NCBI GenBank assembly: GCA_937864255.1
Contig: CALMIT010000609.1
Span: forward strand, 1 to 27,311
Reading direction: 5' to 3'
Length of the DNA stretch: 27,311 nucleotides
Source: an uncultured Saprospiraceae bacterium
GTDB lineage: Bacteria > Bacteroidota > Bacteroidia > Chitinophagales > Saprospiraceae
Shown: positions 1 through 9,162 of the stretch, piece by piece
How the letters are laid out: each line of letters opens with the position of its first letter
How positions within the stretch are numbered: position 1 is the stretch's first letter
Notes under the pieces: model-generated
The model's input: only the letters and a program-made list of their open reading frames with translations
Told to the model about the DNA's origin: nothing
Database searches by the model: none
Program-made: the position numbers and the translations under genes

Positions 1-816
1 ATGTTGCTGCAGCCTCTTGGCTACCGCCCGAAGTTTTCAAATGCTTTTCATATCATTATGGTTGGCTATTTTGCCAATCTCGGGCTGCCCCGGTTAGGCG
101 AGATAGTACGCGCTGGCGCATTGTCGAGATATGAAAAAATTCCTGCTGAAAAAGTAATGGGCACAGTAGTAGCCGACAGAGCAATTGATGTCATTTCTCT
201 TTTGCTTTTTGTAGGGCTGGCTTTTTTTCTACAATTCGACACTTTGTGGGGCTGGCTCTCTGAAAATGCACAGATAGGAAAAAACGCCGAAGGTGAAAAT
301 TCTTCACTGCCCTGGATACTTCTGGGCATGCTTTTGCTTTTAAGCGGACTTGGTTTTGTTTTTAGAAAAAGAATTATAGCATCTTCTTTTGCACAAAAAG
401 TCTTGGGACTGGTTAAAGGTTTTTATGAAGGAATAACTTCCGTAAAGCGCGTAGAAAAAAGAGGGTGGTTTGTCTTTCACAGCATTTTCATCTGGGTGAT
501 GTATTACCTGATGGCTTATGTTTGTTTTTTTGCTTTCGAACCTACGAGTCATTTATCTCCGCTGGCGGGGCTTATGGTTTTTGTGTTCGGAGCTTTTGGC
601 ATTGTCATACCGTCTCCGGGAGGAATGGGTACGTACCATTTTCTTGTAATGGCGGCTTTGGCCTTGTACGGCGTACAGGGCGCCGATGCTTTTTCCTTTG
701 CCAACATCGTGTACTTTGCCATACAGATTTTGGGCAATATACTTTTTGGACTGATCGGTCTTATCGCTCTCCCTTTTATCAATAAAAATTACCACCCGAC
801 GCCGTCCGTCGCGTAG
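1..816 (+). CDS. Lysylphosphatidylglycerol synthase TM-domain / UPF0104 flippase-like membrane protein, 5'-truncated by the window edge
   Basis: Multi-TM protein with family motifs 'GYFANLGLPRLGEIVR', 'GTVVADRAID' and 'PSPGGMGTYH'. The ATG at position 1 looks like the internal Met of the usual RWxMLLxPLGY segment, so the true start is probably upstream. Confidence 0.85.
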   Translation: MLLQPLGYRPKFSNAFHIIMVGYFANLGLPRLGEIVRAGALSRYEKIPAEKVMGTVVADRAIDVISLLLFVGLAFFLQFDTLWGWLSENAQIGKNAEGENSSLPWILLGMLLLLSGLGFVFRKRIIASSFAQKVLGLVKGFYEGITSVKRVEKRGWFVFHSIFIWVMYYLMAYVCFFAFEPTSHLSPLAGLMVFVFGAFGIVIPSPGGMGTYHFLVMAALALYGVQGADAFSFANIVYFAIQILGNILFGLIGLIALPFINKNYHPTPSVA

Positions 817-822
817 TCAAAA

Positions 823-1125
823 TCAATCTCTGAAATACATCAATATTGCCCCGAAAACAGTGATGAGAAAAAGCAACACCGAAGCCATTCGAATGGAATA
901 CCGCAGGTGTCTCACGAATTCCTGAATTTCATTTTGCATTCCGGGGTATTTGGGCATGATTTCCTGCTCCATTTTCGCTTTGTTAAAAAGGTGCGCCGCA
1001 CCAAATTCCACTCTGTTTTGTACTAAAGTTTTATACGTTTTTAAAACCTTTACACGGAAGTAGATATTAATAAACAGCATTGCTGCAAATAAGCCAATCA
1101 CTATGGAAATAAGCAGTATATACAT
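823..1125 (-). CDS. Hypothetical small membrane protein (100 aa, two predicted TM helices flanking a soluble segment)
   Basis: ATG start 10 bp after the GGGPS stop on the same strand. Hydrophobic N-terminus (YILLISIVIGLFAAMLFINIYF) and C-terminus (MASVLLFLITVFGAILMYF). Fills an otherwise empty gap. Confidence 0.8.
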   Translation of the reverse strand: MYILLISIVIGLFAAMLFINIYFRVKVLKTYKTLVQNRVEFGAAHLFNKAKMEQEIMPKYPGMQNEIQEFVRHLRYSIRMASVLLFLITVFGAILMYFRD

Positions 1126-1135
1126 TCTGTCTTTT

Positions 1136-1906
1136 TTAAAATTGTTCGGAATAATTTTTATTAAAGGAATGTACCGCCTCTGAAATTTCTTTTATCAATG
1201 CGGGATTTTTTTCAATGGCATTTCCCACTACCAAAATGTCGGCACCGGCTTTCATATTAGCGATTGCTTTTTCGGGCGTTTTTACTCCGCCGCCCACAAT
1301 AAGCGGAATGGAAATAGCGCTGCTGACTGCTTTTATCATTTTTTCACTCACCGGCATTTGTGCGCCGCTGCCGGCATCCAGATAAACCAATTTTAATCCG
1401 AGCATTTCCCCCGCCATGGCTGTACACGCTGCAATGTCCGCCTTATCCGCCGGAATGGGAGTCGTATTGCTCATGTAAGAAACCGCCGAGGGCGCGCCGC
1501 CGTCTATTAGTATGTACCCGGTCGAAATGATTTCAAGGTTACTTTCTTTCAGGTAAGGCGCCGTTATGACGTGTTTACCGATGAGCAATTCGGGGTTCCT
1601 GCCCGAAATCAGCGATAAAAATAAAATGCCGTCCGCCTGGTTGTTTATCTGAAATGAATTTCCGGGAAAAAGAATAGCAGGAATATTAGTCTGCTGTTTT
1701 ATTTGATGGAGGCAAAGTTCCAGCGCATTGTCCATAATGATACTCCCCCCCACAAAAAACATATCGATCTTTGCTTCCGCGGCTGCTTCAAGTATCCGGT
1801 CTATATTGCCTAGCCTTACCTGGTCAGGATCGATCAGAACGATAAACTTCTTCTCTCCTTTTATTTTTGCTTTTTTGAGAGATTGATATATACCTTTTTC
1901 GGTCAT
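1136..1906 (-). CDS. Geranylgeranylglyceryl phosphate synthase family protein (group II, Bacteroidota type)
   Basis: Motifs LIDPD, FVGGS, LFPG, FLSLISGRNP, YLDAGSGA, IVGGG and VVGN of the GGGPS/PcrB TIM barrel. Start moved from the TTG at 1930 to the ATG at 1906 because the TTG lies inside a TATATTTG -7 promoter box. Confidence 0.92.
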   Translation of the reverse strand: MTEKGIYQSLKKAKIKGEKKFIVLIDPDQVRLGNIDRILEAAAEAKIDMFFVGGSIIMDNALELCLHQIKQQTNIPAILFPGNSFQINNQADGILFLSLISGRNPELLIGKHVITAPYLKESNLEIISTGYILIDGGAPSAVSYMSNTTPIPADKADIAACTAMAGEMLGLKLVYLDAGSGAQMPVSEKMIKAVSSAISIPLIVGGGVKTPEKAIANMKAGADILVVGNAIEKNPALIKEISEAVHSFNKNYSEQF

Positions 1907-1927
1907 GTGGCAATGCTTGTTGGCAGG

Positions 1928-1935
1928 CAAATATA
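1928..1935 (-). promoter_or_regulatory. Bacteroidota sigma-A -7 element (TATATTTG) upstream of GGGPS
   Basis: Reverse complement of caaatata is an exact TAnnTTTG match, 21 bp upstream of the ATG at 1906. No well-spaced -33 TTTG was found. Confidence 0.6.
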
Positions 1936-1969
1936 ACTTAGTATGACGACAAACTGCCTTTAAAACAAT

Positions 1970-3436
1970 TTACCCGCTGTATGAAGGCAGGGGCGAGGAG
2001 TCCGATTCTTTTTTATTTTTCAAGTCCCAATTGACTAAAATAGCCATACTTATGAAAAAAAACGGTCCGACTTTATCCGTTTCAAGCATATCGTTGATCA
2101 TGAGGAGGCAATCTATTACTACGATACACAGTATCGCCATGAGCACAATTCGCCGGTTTTCGGGGTTTTTGGTCTGATGATAGATGGTTTCTCCTTTTAA
2201 TAATAAAAAGAAAGTCATGACAATAAAAATCAACAAACCCGGTATGCCCTGCTCTACCATCGTCATCAAATAATAACTGTGTATTCCTGAATTTTCAGGA
2301 TTATGACTCACATAAGTTCGAAAGCTCCTGACCGTGTAGATTTTATAAAAATTGGTAAAATTTCCCGGACCAAATCCCGTGAATCTTTCCTCTTTGCTCA
2401 TATAAAAGCCGGCAACCCACCTGTACACACGCTCCATGGTCGAAATGTCTTCCATTTTATAGGTGGCTTCGAGGAGGTTGTCAAAGCTTTCGTGGGTTAT
2501 CGTTTTATTATAATCCGGCGCAAATTCCAGATAGTTATTTCTATGCACGAGAAAGGCGAGTAAAAGCGTCAATCCGATTATCGTTACGCCGATGGCCGTC
2601 TTCATGAGGCGCCATTTGATAATAAAAAAAGTAGCTCCCGCCAGCACAATAGCAACATAAGCCGCTCTTGTAAAAGAAAAATAAATACCGATCAGCGTCA
2701 AAAATCCTCCAAAAAATATTATCAGCCAGTACTTGTTCCAGCGCGGGTACCACTTTGCAGCCAACCAGATAAACGGGAAAAAAAGTGCCATCAAGCAGGC
2801 GTAACTTACGTGATTTCGATAAAACGGATAGACTACTTTGTTCACATCTTTGAATGCAAAATCAAGTCCGGCATGCCGCAGTAGAATAAAACTTATTGTA
2901 AAAATAAGCGGTACAAAAACCCACCAAAACAGTTTTTTTATATCCTCTTTTGATTGAATCAAACTGCCGGCCATAAAATAAAACACTGTGATGTACCAGG
3001 TTTTGGCTAGTAGGAATTTTAAAGAAACCAGAAAGAAATTGGATGTAAGCGTGGTGACAAAAATCCACCCAAAATGTAATAATAACAAAATAGAAATCGG
3101 ATGTCGGATGAAATCGCCTCTGAGTTTTTGTCCGTTGGCAATGACGTAGAAAAAATAGACCAGCATCAAACCCACAATAAGCGGCTCGGTAGGCAGGTCG
3201 GTTCCAAGTGTACTACCTATCTGGATTTCCATGGATAACGGAATAAAACCCAGAAGAAGAAAAAACAATTTTTTAAAATCCGCTATACTGAGTAAAGCGA
3301 TCAACAAAAACACCGGTATACCCGCTAAAAAATACCATTCTGTAAGTATCGCCATAAAGATGCTAACCACAGTAATCCACCCGTACAGATTAATCTGTGA
3401 TTTGATACTACTAAATCCGTGTGCAAGGTTATTCAC
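1970..3436 (-). CDS. O-antigen ligase/polymerase family membrane protein (WaaL/Wzy_C)
   Basis: About 12 hydrophobic segments. Motifs 'FYRNHVSYA', 'SFTRAAY', 'STMERVYRW', 'GFGPGNF' and 'GIHSYYL..MVEQGIPG' (catalytic His region). Lies downstream of wzz. Confidence 0.85.
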   Translation of the reverse strand: MNNLAHGFSSIKSQINLYGWITVVSIFMAILTEWYFLAGIPVFLLIALLSIADFKKLFFLLLGFIPLSMEIQIGSTLGTDLPTEPLIVGLMLVYFFYVIANGQKLRGDFIRHPISILLLLHFGWIFVTTLTSNFFLVSLKFLLAKTWYITVFYFMAGSLIQSKEDIKKLFWWVFVPLIFTISFILLRHAGLDFAFKDVNKVVYPFYRNHVSYACLMALFFPFIWLAAKWYPRWNKYWLIIFFGGFLTLIGIYFSFTRAAYVAIVLAGATFFIIKWRLMKTAIGVTIIGLTLLLAFLVHRNNYLEFAPDYNKTITHESFDNLLEATYKMEDISTMERVYRWVAGFYMSKEERFTGFGPGNFTNFYKIYTVRSFRTYVSHNPENSGIHSYYLMTMVEQGIPGLLIFIVMTFFLLLKGETIYHQTKNPENRRIVLMAILCIVVIDCLLMINDMLETDKVGPFFFISMAILVNWDLKNKKESDSSPLPSYSG

Positions 3437-3493
3437 AAGAAAGACTGGTATTTTTTGGATTGGGTTAATAAGCGATTTTCACCCAAAATCTTA

Positions 3494-4603
3494 CTACTCG
3501 GAAGGACTGTTATACAACTCACGCCAGTTTACATCCTTATAACTTTCCAAAATAAGTACGCCCAAAATGGATAAAATAAAAGCGACGACTGTGGCTGCCA
3601 GAACGATAAGCGACCTTACGGGCCTTGATTTCACTACCGGCACTTGCGCTTCTTCTACCAAATGAATAACCAAAAAGTCACCTTGCTTGGCTGTCATGAG
3701 GTGTTTATATCGCTCTTTATCCCAACTTAATTGAAATCTGGCTTTTTCGTGCTGATCCGTAAGTATGTGTACGATAGACATTCCCTGGTTGAATATTTTT
3801 ACATCCTCTTTTAATTTTTTTAATTGTTGTTCCGCACCTTTTAGATTTGCTTCTACCCTTATAATGGTGTCCCGCGGCGTTCTCGGATTACTTTTATAAG
3901 ATTCAAGTTTACCTTGAAAAGAAGCCACCTGTGATTCTGAACCTACCAGAAGTGAAGCATAAGTTTCTCCCTGAGATTCGGGATTGTAAATACTATAGCG
4001 CTCGCGCAATCTTGCGAGGCTGTCGCCCAGAGCGTTTAGCTGCGCTTCGCTTTCTTTAATATTTTGCTCGCAAGTATTTAAAGTCTGTTGCTGACCTTCT
4101 TTTATCAGTTTTATTGAAATTTCTTCTATTCTCCTGCGGGCTTCATTAGCAATTTGGGCTGCCAGTATTTTGTCTTTGTCTTCTACCGAAAGTTCTATCG
4201 CATCGTATTTGGTTTTTTGTACCACATACAAATCCATCAGCCGCTCCCGCACTTTGTACAGTGCTTTTGCTCCCGTGGAGTCAATATTATAATGTTTGTA
4301 CAAATCGAATTTTCCGACAAGGTAATTTATCACGTCTGCTGATTGCGCAATAGTTAGCAAACGGTCAATATCTTCCCCCGTACCATAATATCTGGTATCC
4401 GAATTTCCACCACCGAAAAGTTTGTCAGGATTGGCAAGGTCAGGACTCGCCGCATAAAAAGTAGTTGTTGATTTGTAATAAACGGGTAAGAGTAAAGAAA
4501 TGATCACACTGCCGACGAATACAATACCACAGATTTTAAAAATTTCTCGTTTTCTCCTGAATATGATTTCTAAAACACCCAACAAATTATCTTTTTGCTC
4601 CAT
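3494..4603 (-). CDS. wzz: Wzz/GumC-type polysaccharide chain-length determinant (polysaccharide co-polymerase, no kinase domain)
   Basis: N-terminal TM followed by 'LPVYYKSTTTF', a long coiled-coil periplasmic region, then 'AQVPVVKSRPVRSLIV' and a C-terminal TM. No Walker A motif follows. Confidence 0.82.
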   Translation of the reverse strand: MEQKDNLLGVLEIIFRRKREIFKICGIVFVGSVIISLLLPVYYKSTTTFYAASPDLANPDKLFGGGNSDTRYYGTGEDIDRLLTIAQSADVINYLVGKFDLYKHYNIDSTGAKALYKVRERLMDLYVVQKTKYDAIELSVEDKDKILAAQIANEARRRIEEISIKLIKEGQQQTLNTCEQNIKESEAQLNALGDSLARLRERYSIYNPESQGETYASLLVGSESQVASFQGKLESYKSNPRTPRDTIIRVEANLKGAEQQLKKLKEDVKIFNQGMSIVHILTDQHEKARFQLSWDKERYKHLMTAKQGDFLVIHLVEEAQVPVVKSRPVRSLIVLAATVVAFILSILGVLILESYKDVNWRELYNSPSE

Positions 4604-4677
4604 GCGCTAAATTAATTGTGGAAGAACCCAATAAAAGGACGCGCAAAGGTCTGTAATTAGGTTGAATATTTTTCTTA

Positions 4678-4694
4678 AAACTTGGCCCAAGTTT
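4678..4694. promoter_or_regulatory. Perfect 8-1-8 inverted repeat AAACTTGG-C-CCAAGTTT in the divergent wzz / DUF6089 intergenic region (candidate operator)
   Basis: Read directly from the sequence. The 1-nt spacer is too short for an RNA hairpin loop, so a dimeric DNA-binding site fits better. Confidence 0.35.
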
Positions 4695-4805
4695 GTCATA
4701 AATGTATAACAAAAACAAACGGGCATGAATTTAGATGGGAGGTATAGCCAAAGTTTTCCCCACATTTTAACAAAATACCAAATCAACCGTTAACCCGTTT
4801 TGTAC

Positions 4806-4813
4806 TAACTTTG
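4806..4813 (+). promoter_or_regulatory. Sigma-A -7 element (TAACTTTG) upstream of the DUF6089 gene
   Basis: Exact TAnnTTTG match 31 bp before the GTG at 4845. Confidence 0.6.
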
Positions 4814-4844
4814 CTCCCCCTTTAGAAATATAAAATTCTTTAAT

Positions 4845-5672
4845 GTGAAAAAGATAAGGCTCTTTACTTTATTGCTAGGTATTTTATTGTGTAATTTTTT
4901 GTCTGCTCAGCGCGGATGGGAAGCAGGTGGCTGGCTAGGCTTGTCGCATTATTTTGGAGATTTAAACACGGGCTATTCTTTAAGTTCTCCGGGTTTGGCA
5001 GCCGGTGTGATCGCCAGGTACAATTTTGACGAGCGGGTGTGTTTAAAATTTTCGGCAAATTACGGACAGGTGAGCGGCGATGATGCGAAGTCAAAAAATG
5101 CTTATGAGAAAGCGCGTAATCTGAGTTTTCGCTCGCCGGTGATGGAAGGAAGCGCCCAGATAGAGTTCAATTTTCTGCCTTATGTACATGGCAGCAGAGA
5201 TAATTTTTACACGCCCTACCTTTTTGGAGGCTTTTCGGTAGTGAATTTCAACCCGCAAGCAGAACTTAATGGCAAGTGGCACGACCTGCGCCCGCTGGGA
5301 ACCGAAGGACAATTCAGAGGCGAAGAATATTACTCCACGACCGGCGCTTTATGTTATGGTGGCGGTTTTAAAATTGATCTGAGTTATGAATGGAGCATCA
5401 ATCTTGAAATTGGCGCACGTTACCTTTTTTCAGATTATCTGGATGACGTGAGTACAATCTATGCTGATAAAGAAGACCTGGAAAATTTGCGCGGCGATAT
5501 AGCTGTCGCTCTTTCTGATCGCTCAATTTTAGTGCCGGGTGTGAATGACGGACAAATCGGGCAAGTCGGCAGACAGCGTGGAAATAGTACGACGAAGGAT
5601 ACTTATGTCTTTCTCGGAATCGGTTTTTTGTATTATTTCGGAGATCTGAGATGCCCGCCTTATTCGCGTTAA
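4845..5672 (+). CDS. Outer-membrane beta-barrel protein, DUF6089/PorG-like family
   Basis: Signal peptide ending FLSA|Q. Motifs 'EAGGWLGLSHYFGDLN', 'LEIGARYLFSDYLDDVS' and 'QRGNSTTKDTY', with a C-terminal 'RCP'. GTG start. Confidence 0.7.
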   Translation: MKKIRLFTLLLGILLCNFLSAQRGWEAGGWLGLSHYFGDLNTGYSLSSPGLAAGVIARYNFDERVCLKFSANYGQVSGDDAKSKNAYEKARNLSFRSPVMEGSAQIEFNFLPYVHGSRDNFYTPYLFGGFSVVNFNPQAELNGKWHDLRPLGTEGQFRGEEYYSTTGALCYGGGFKIDLSYEWSINLEIGARYLFSDYLDDVSTIYADKEDLENLRGDIAVALSDRSILVPGVNDGQIGQVGRQRGNSTTKDTYVFLGIGFLYYFGDLRCPPYSR

Positions 5673-5681
5673 AAAGATGTT

Positions 5682-6149
5682 TTAACTTGACAACTGGTAT
5701 TTTTCGATAATTTTTTCGCAGGCCCTGTCAAGCATTTCATACACTTTTTCAAAACCGTCATTATCCCAATACGGGTCGGGCACATTTTGATTATAGCCCG
5801 GTTTTACAAAGTTCATTATTAATTCCACTTTTTGTTTTTGCTCTTCCTGCCCCGCCAATGCAATAACATCTTGATAATTTGAACTGTCCATCACCAAAAT
5901 GAGATCAAATTTTTCGAAGTCTTTGCGTAAAAACTGCCGCGCTTTTTGATTCGAAATATCAAGTCCTTTTTTCTTCGCAATTTCTACGGAGCGAGGATCG
6001 GGAGCTTCTCCCGCGTGCCAAAAACTTGTTCCGGCCGAATCTACCTCCCAGTTCAGCTTTCGAGCAGCTGCCTTACTTTTCAAAATTCCTTCCGCCAGCG
6101 GTGAGCGGCAAATATTGCCTAGGCAAACCATTAAGATTTTCATTCCCAT
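5682..6149 (-). CDS. Low-molecular-weight protein-tyrosine phosphatase
   Basis: P-loop 'VCLGNICRSP' (CX5R), 'DSAGT' and general-acid 'VPDPY'. The alternative start at 6143 is equally plausible. Confidence 0.95.
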   Translation of the reverse strand: MGMKILMVCLGNICRSPLAEGILKSKAAARKLNWEVDSAGTSFWHAGEAPDPRSVEIAKKKGLDISNQKARQFLRKDFEKFDLILVMDSSNYQDVIALAGQEEQKQKVELIMNFVKPGYNQNVPDPYWDNDGFEKVYEMLDRACEKIIEKYQLSS

Positions 6150-6179
6150 TGGTGATTTTCTAATTGATTTTGATATTTG
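6149..6179 (+). promoter_or_regulatory. Possible sigma-A promoter for trkA-trkH (TTG-N20-GATATTTG)
   Basis: The -7 box has one mismatch (GATATTTG, 6172-6179). A TTG at 6149-6151 lies at canonical spacing. Confidence 0.35.
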
Positions 6180-6246
6180 CAGACTATTTTAAACGAAATG
6201 GTTGGCTTTTTGATTAAGCCTGTTTTCAGTTTTTTACTCAATTTCA

Positions 6247-7587
6247 ATGAAAATAATAATAGCCGGTGCTGGCGATGTTGGCTTTCATATAGCAGAATTG
6301 CTGGTCTTTGAAAATCAGGATATTGCCTTAATAGATATTAATCAGGATTTGCTCGATTACGCAGCTACTCATCTTGATGTGCTCACAATAAAAGGCGATT
6401 CCGGCTCTCTGGATATACTGGAGCAAGCGGGCGTAAGCAAAGCAAACCTGGTCATCGCTGTTACAACGTCTGAAAAAACCAACCTGGTAACTGCCATTCT
6501 GGCTAAAAAATTAGGCGCCAAGCAAACAATCGCACGCGTGAACAGCGCCGAGTATCTGGCAGAGGAACAGAAAAAAATGTTTAAAGATCTGGGCGTGGAT
6601 TCTCTGATCTCTCCCAAACAATTGGCTGCGAAGGAAATCAGACGCCTATTAGACAGGTGCTCATTTACGGATATTTTCGAATTTGAAAATGGTAAAATAA
6701 GCGTCGTTGGAATTACGCTAAATCCAAAATCTCCGCTGGTAAATAAGAGGTTGCGAGACATAGGCGACATGGAATTGGATATCACCCTGCGCCCAATCGC
6801 TGTATTGCGCAGCCATAAAACTATCATTCCGCGCGGCGATACAGTTTTACACAGGGGCGATCATGTATATTTTATAGCTAAAAAAGAGAACATAGAGCGT
6901 GTCGAACAATTTGTATCAAACGAGAAGGTGAAGATTAAAAATATTATGATTGCCGGTGGAACAGGGCTGGGTTATGAAACCGCCCTGACGCTTGAAAATA
7001 ATTATAACATAACCATTATAGAAAAGAAAAAAGAAATATGTAAAATGCTGTCGGAGAATCTAAAAAACGCTTTGGTCATCAATGGAGACATCAGCAATAT
7101 TGAATTACTGGAGGAAGAGGGACTGAGCAGAATGGACGCATTTTTGGCATTGACTCCAAATTCTGAAACCAACATTATTGCCAGCCTTACAGCTAAAAAT
7201 CACGGCGTAATCAGAACAATCGCTCAGGTGGAAAATAAAGAATACACACATATTTCTCAAAACATCGGAGTAGATACGCTTATTAACAAAAAGCTGATAG
7301 CCGCTAATAATATATTTCGCTTCGTGCGGAAAGGACGCGTGGAAGCCATTACCAGCCTGCATGGTGTGGAAGCGGAGATAATCGAATTTGTTGTTCATAA
7401 AGAAAATCAATTGACCAAAAAACCTTTGAGAAACCTGCATTTCCCGGAAACAGCTTTGGTGGGAGGCGTAATCCGTGGGGAAGAAAGTCTCATACCCAAC
7501 GGCGATTTTCAATTTAAAATAAATGATAAAGTCATTGTATTCGCCATGCCCGGGGCCATTTCCAAAGTAGAAGAACTTTTCAGATAA
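6247..7587 (+). CDS. trkA: Trk system potassium uptake NAD-binding subunit TrkA
   Basis: Two RCK_N/RCK_C repeats with Rossmann motifs GAGDVG and GGTGLG, 446 aa, directly followed by trkH. Confidence 0.96.
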   Translation: MKIIIAGAGDVGFHIAELLVFENQDIALIDINQDLLDYAATHLDVLTIKGDSGSLDILEQAGVSKANLVIAVTTSEKTNLVTAILAKKLGAKQTIARVNSAEYLAEEQKKMFKDLGVDSLISPKQLAAKEIRRLLDRCSFTDIFEFENGKISVVGITLNPKSPLVNKRLRDIGDMELDITLRPIAVLRSHKTIIPRGDTVLHRGDHVYFIAKKENIERVEQFVSNEKVKIKNIMIAGGTGLGYETALTLENNYNITIIEKKKEICKMLSENLKNALVINGDISNIELLEEEGLSRMDAFLALTPNSETNIIASLTAKNHGVIRTIAQVENKEYTHISQNIGVDTLINKKLIAANNIFRFVRKGRVEAITSLHGVEAEIIEFVVHKENQLTKKPLRNLHFPETALVGGVIRGEESLIPNGDFQFKINDKVIVFAMPGAISKVEELFR

Positions 7588-7607
7588 TAAATTTCAAAAT
7601 TGTAAAG

Positions 7608-9059
7608 ATGATAAACCCAACGCCCATCACGAAAGTAATTGGCGTGCTGCTTTTGATAATTTCCGGTTTTATGTTTTCTGTAATCCCGGTCTCATTGCTT
7701 TGCAATAGCGGAGATGCTGTTCATTTTATCACTTCGGGGCTAGTCACCTTTGCTTTTGGTATATCTTTCTGGTCTATAAGATTTAACAAAAATCACGGCG
7801 TAAAAAAAAGAGAAGGATATTTGATAGTAGCGTTAGGGTGGATTTTTATGGTGAGCTTCAGCACACTGCCGTTTATTGTTAGCGGCGAAATCGCTGATAT
7901 AACAGATGCTTTTTTTGAAACCATGTCCGGTATGACTACTACCGGCGCTTCCATTCTCACAGATATAGAAAGCGTGCCAAAAGGTATACTTTACTGGCGC
8001 AGTCTCACCCAATGGATAGGAGGCATGGGTATAATTGTCCTGACAGTGGCTATACTGCCGCTCTTAGGCATCGGCGGGATTGAACTTTTTGTGGCAGAAT
8101 CGCCGGGACCAACTTCTGACAAATTGCACCCCCGCATCAAAGAGACTGCAAAAAGACTTTGGTTCATCTATTTTTTTCTTACGTTCTCCCTGACCGTCAT
8201 TTTATTTTTAGCTGGAATGGACCTCTATGATGCTGTAAATCATGCGTTTACAACTATGGCGACTGGCGGATTTTCTACCAAAAATGCCAGTATTGCTCAT
8301 TACGACACACCATTGATTCAGTACCCTATCGTTATTTTTATGTTTTTGGCAGGCACTAATTACACCGTACTTTATTGGGGCTTGAAAATGCGGTTTAAAA
8401 AAGTGTGGCGGATTGATGAGTTCAAAGCTTATTTTGGAGTTGTGGCCGGGCTGTCGCTTATTATTAGCATTGTCATTTTTATCGTTTCAGAGATTTCTTT
8501 CGAAAAAGCATTCCGTGAAAGTCTCTTTCAAACTGTTTCGCTCATTACAACAACGGGATTTGTTTCCGCCGACTACACCTCGTGGACGGAGAGCCTCACC
8601 TTGCTCTTTTTCATCTTGATTTTTGTGGGAGCCTGTGCAGGCTCCACTGCAGGAGGCATTAAGATTATACGCCATTTGGTCTTTTTCAAAAATACTTATT
8701 TGGAATTTAAACGCATCCTCCATCCTCATGCCGTCGTGCCCTTAAAATTAAACGAGCAGGTAGTGGCCCCCAGAATCATGACACACGTTATCATTTTTCT
8801 GCTGTTATATCTGATGACTTTTCTTTTAGGCTCCATAGCTGTCGTGATAACCGGGATGGATTTTCTCAGTGCTATCGGCGCAGTAGCTACCTCGCTGGCT
8901 AATGTCGGGCCTGGTATCGGTTCGGTAGGCCCGGTTAATAATTTCGCGCATGTACCAGACAGCGCTAAATGGATTTTATCCTTTTTAATGCTGCTGGGGC
9001 GGTTGGAACTTTTTACCATTTTTGTTCTTTTCACACCTCATTTTTGGAAATCAAATTAA
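7608..9059 (+). CDS. trkH: Trk system potassium uptake membrane subunit TrkH
   Basis: Four selectivity-filter segments (SGMTTTG, TMATGGF, ITTTGF, LANVGPG), plus 'GSTAGGIK' and 'GRLELF'. Confidence 0.96.
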   Translation: MINPTPITKVIGVLLLIISGFMFSVIPVSLLCNSGDAVHFITSGLVTFAFGISFWSIRFNKNHGVKKREGYLIVALGWIFMVSFSTLPFIVSGEIADITDAFFETMSGMTTTGASILTDIESVPKGILYWRSLTQWIGGMGIIVLTVAILPLLGIGGIELFVAESPGPTSDKLHPRIKETAKRLWFIYFFLTFSLTVILFLAGMDLYDAVNHAFTTMATGGFSTKNASIAHYDTPLIQYPIVIFMFLAGTNYTVLYWGLKMRFKKVWRIDEFKAYFGVVAGLSLIISIVIFIVSEISFEKAFRESLFQTVSLITTTGFVSADYTSWTESLTLLFFILIFVGACAGSTAGGIKIIRHLVFFKNTYLEFKRILHPHAVVPLKLNEQVVAPRIMTHVIIFLLLYLMTFLLGSIAVVITGMDFLSAIGAVATSLANVGPGIGSVGPVNNFAHVPDSAKWILSFLMLLGRLELFTIFVLFTPHFWKSN

Positions 9060-9162
9060 CGGAAAAAACGGAATGCCCGGGGTTGGTAAACTTTTTGTCA
9101 TATCACACCGATTGCGATTTCAAGATTTTTACAAAAAGAAATTAACTTCATAAAACCCTGAT

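Noticed and set aside
1907-1930. N-terminal extension MPANKHCH of GGGPS in the ORF track
   Set aside because: The TTG start falls inside the -7 promoter box; the ATG at 1906 is the better start.
4682-4696. Possible sigma-54 promoter TTGGCCCAAGTTTGT
   Set aside because: The spacing between GG and the downstream G is 9 nt rather than the strict 10, and the -12 C is missing.
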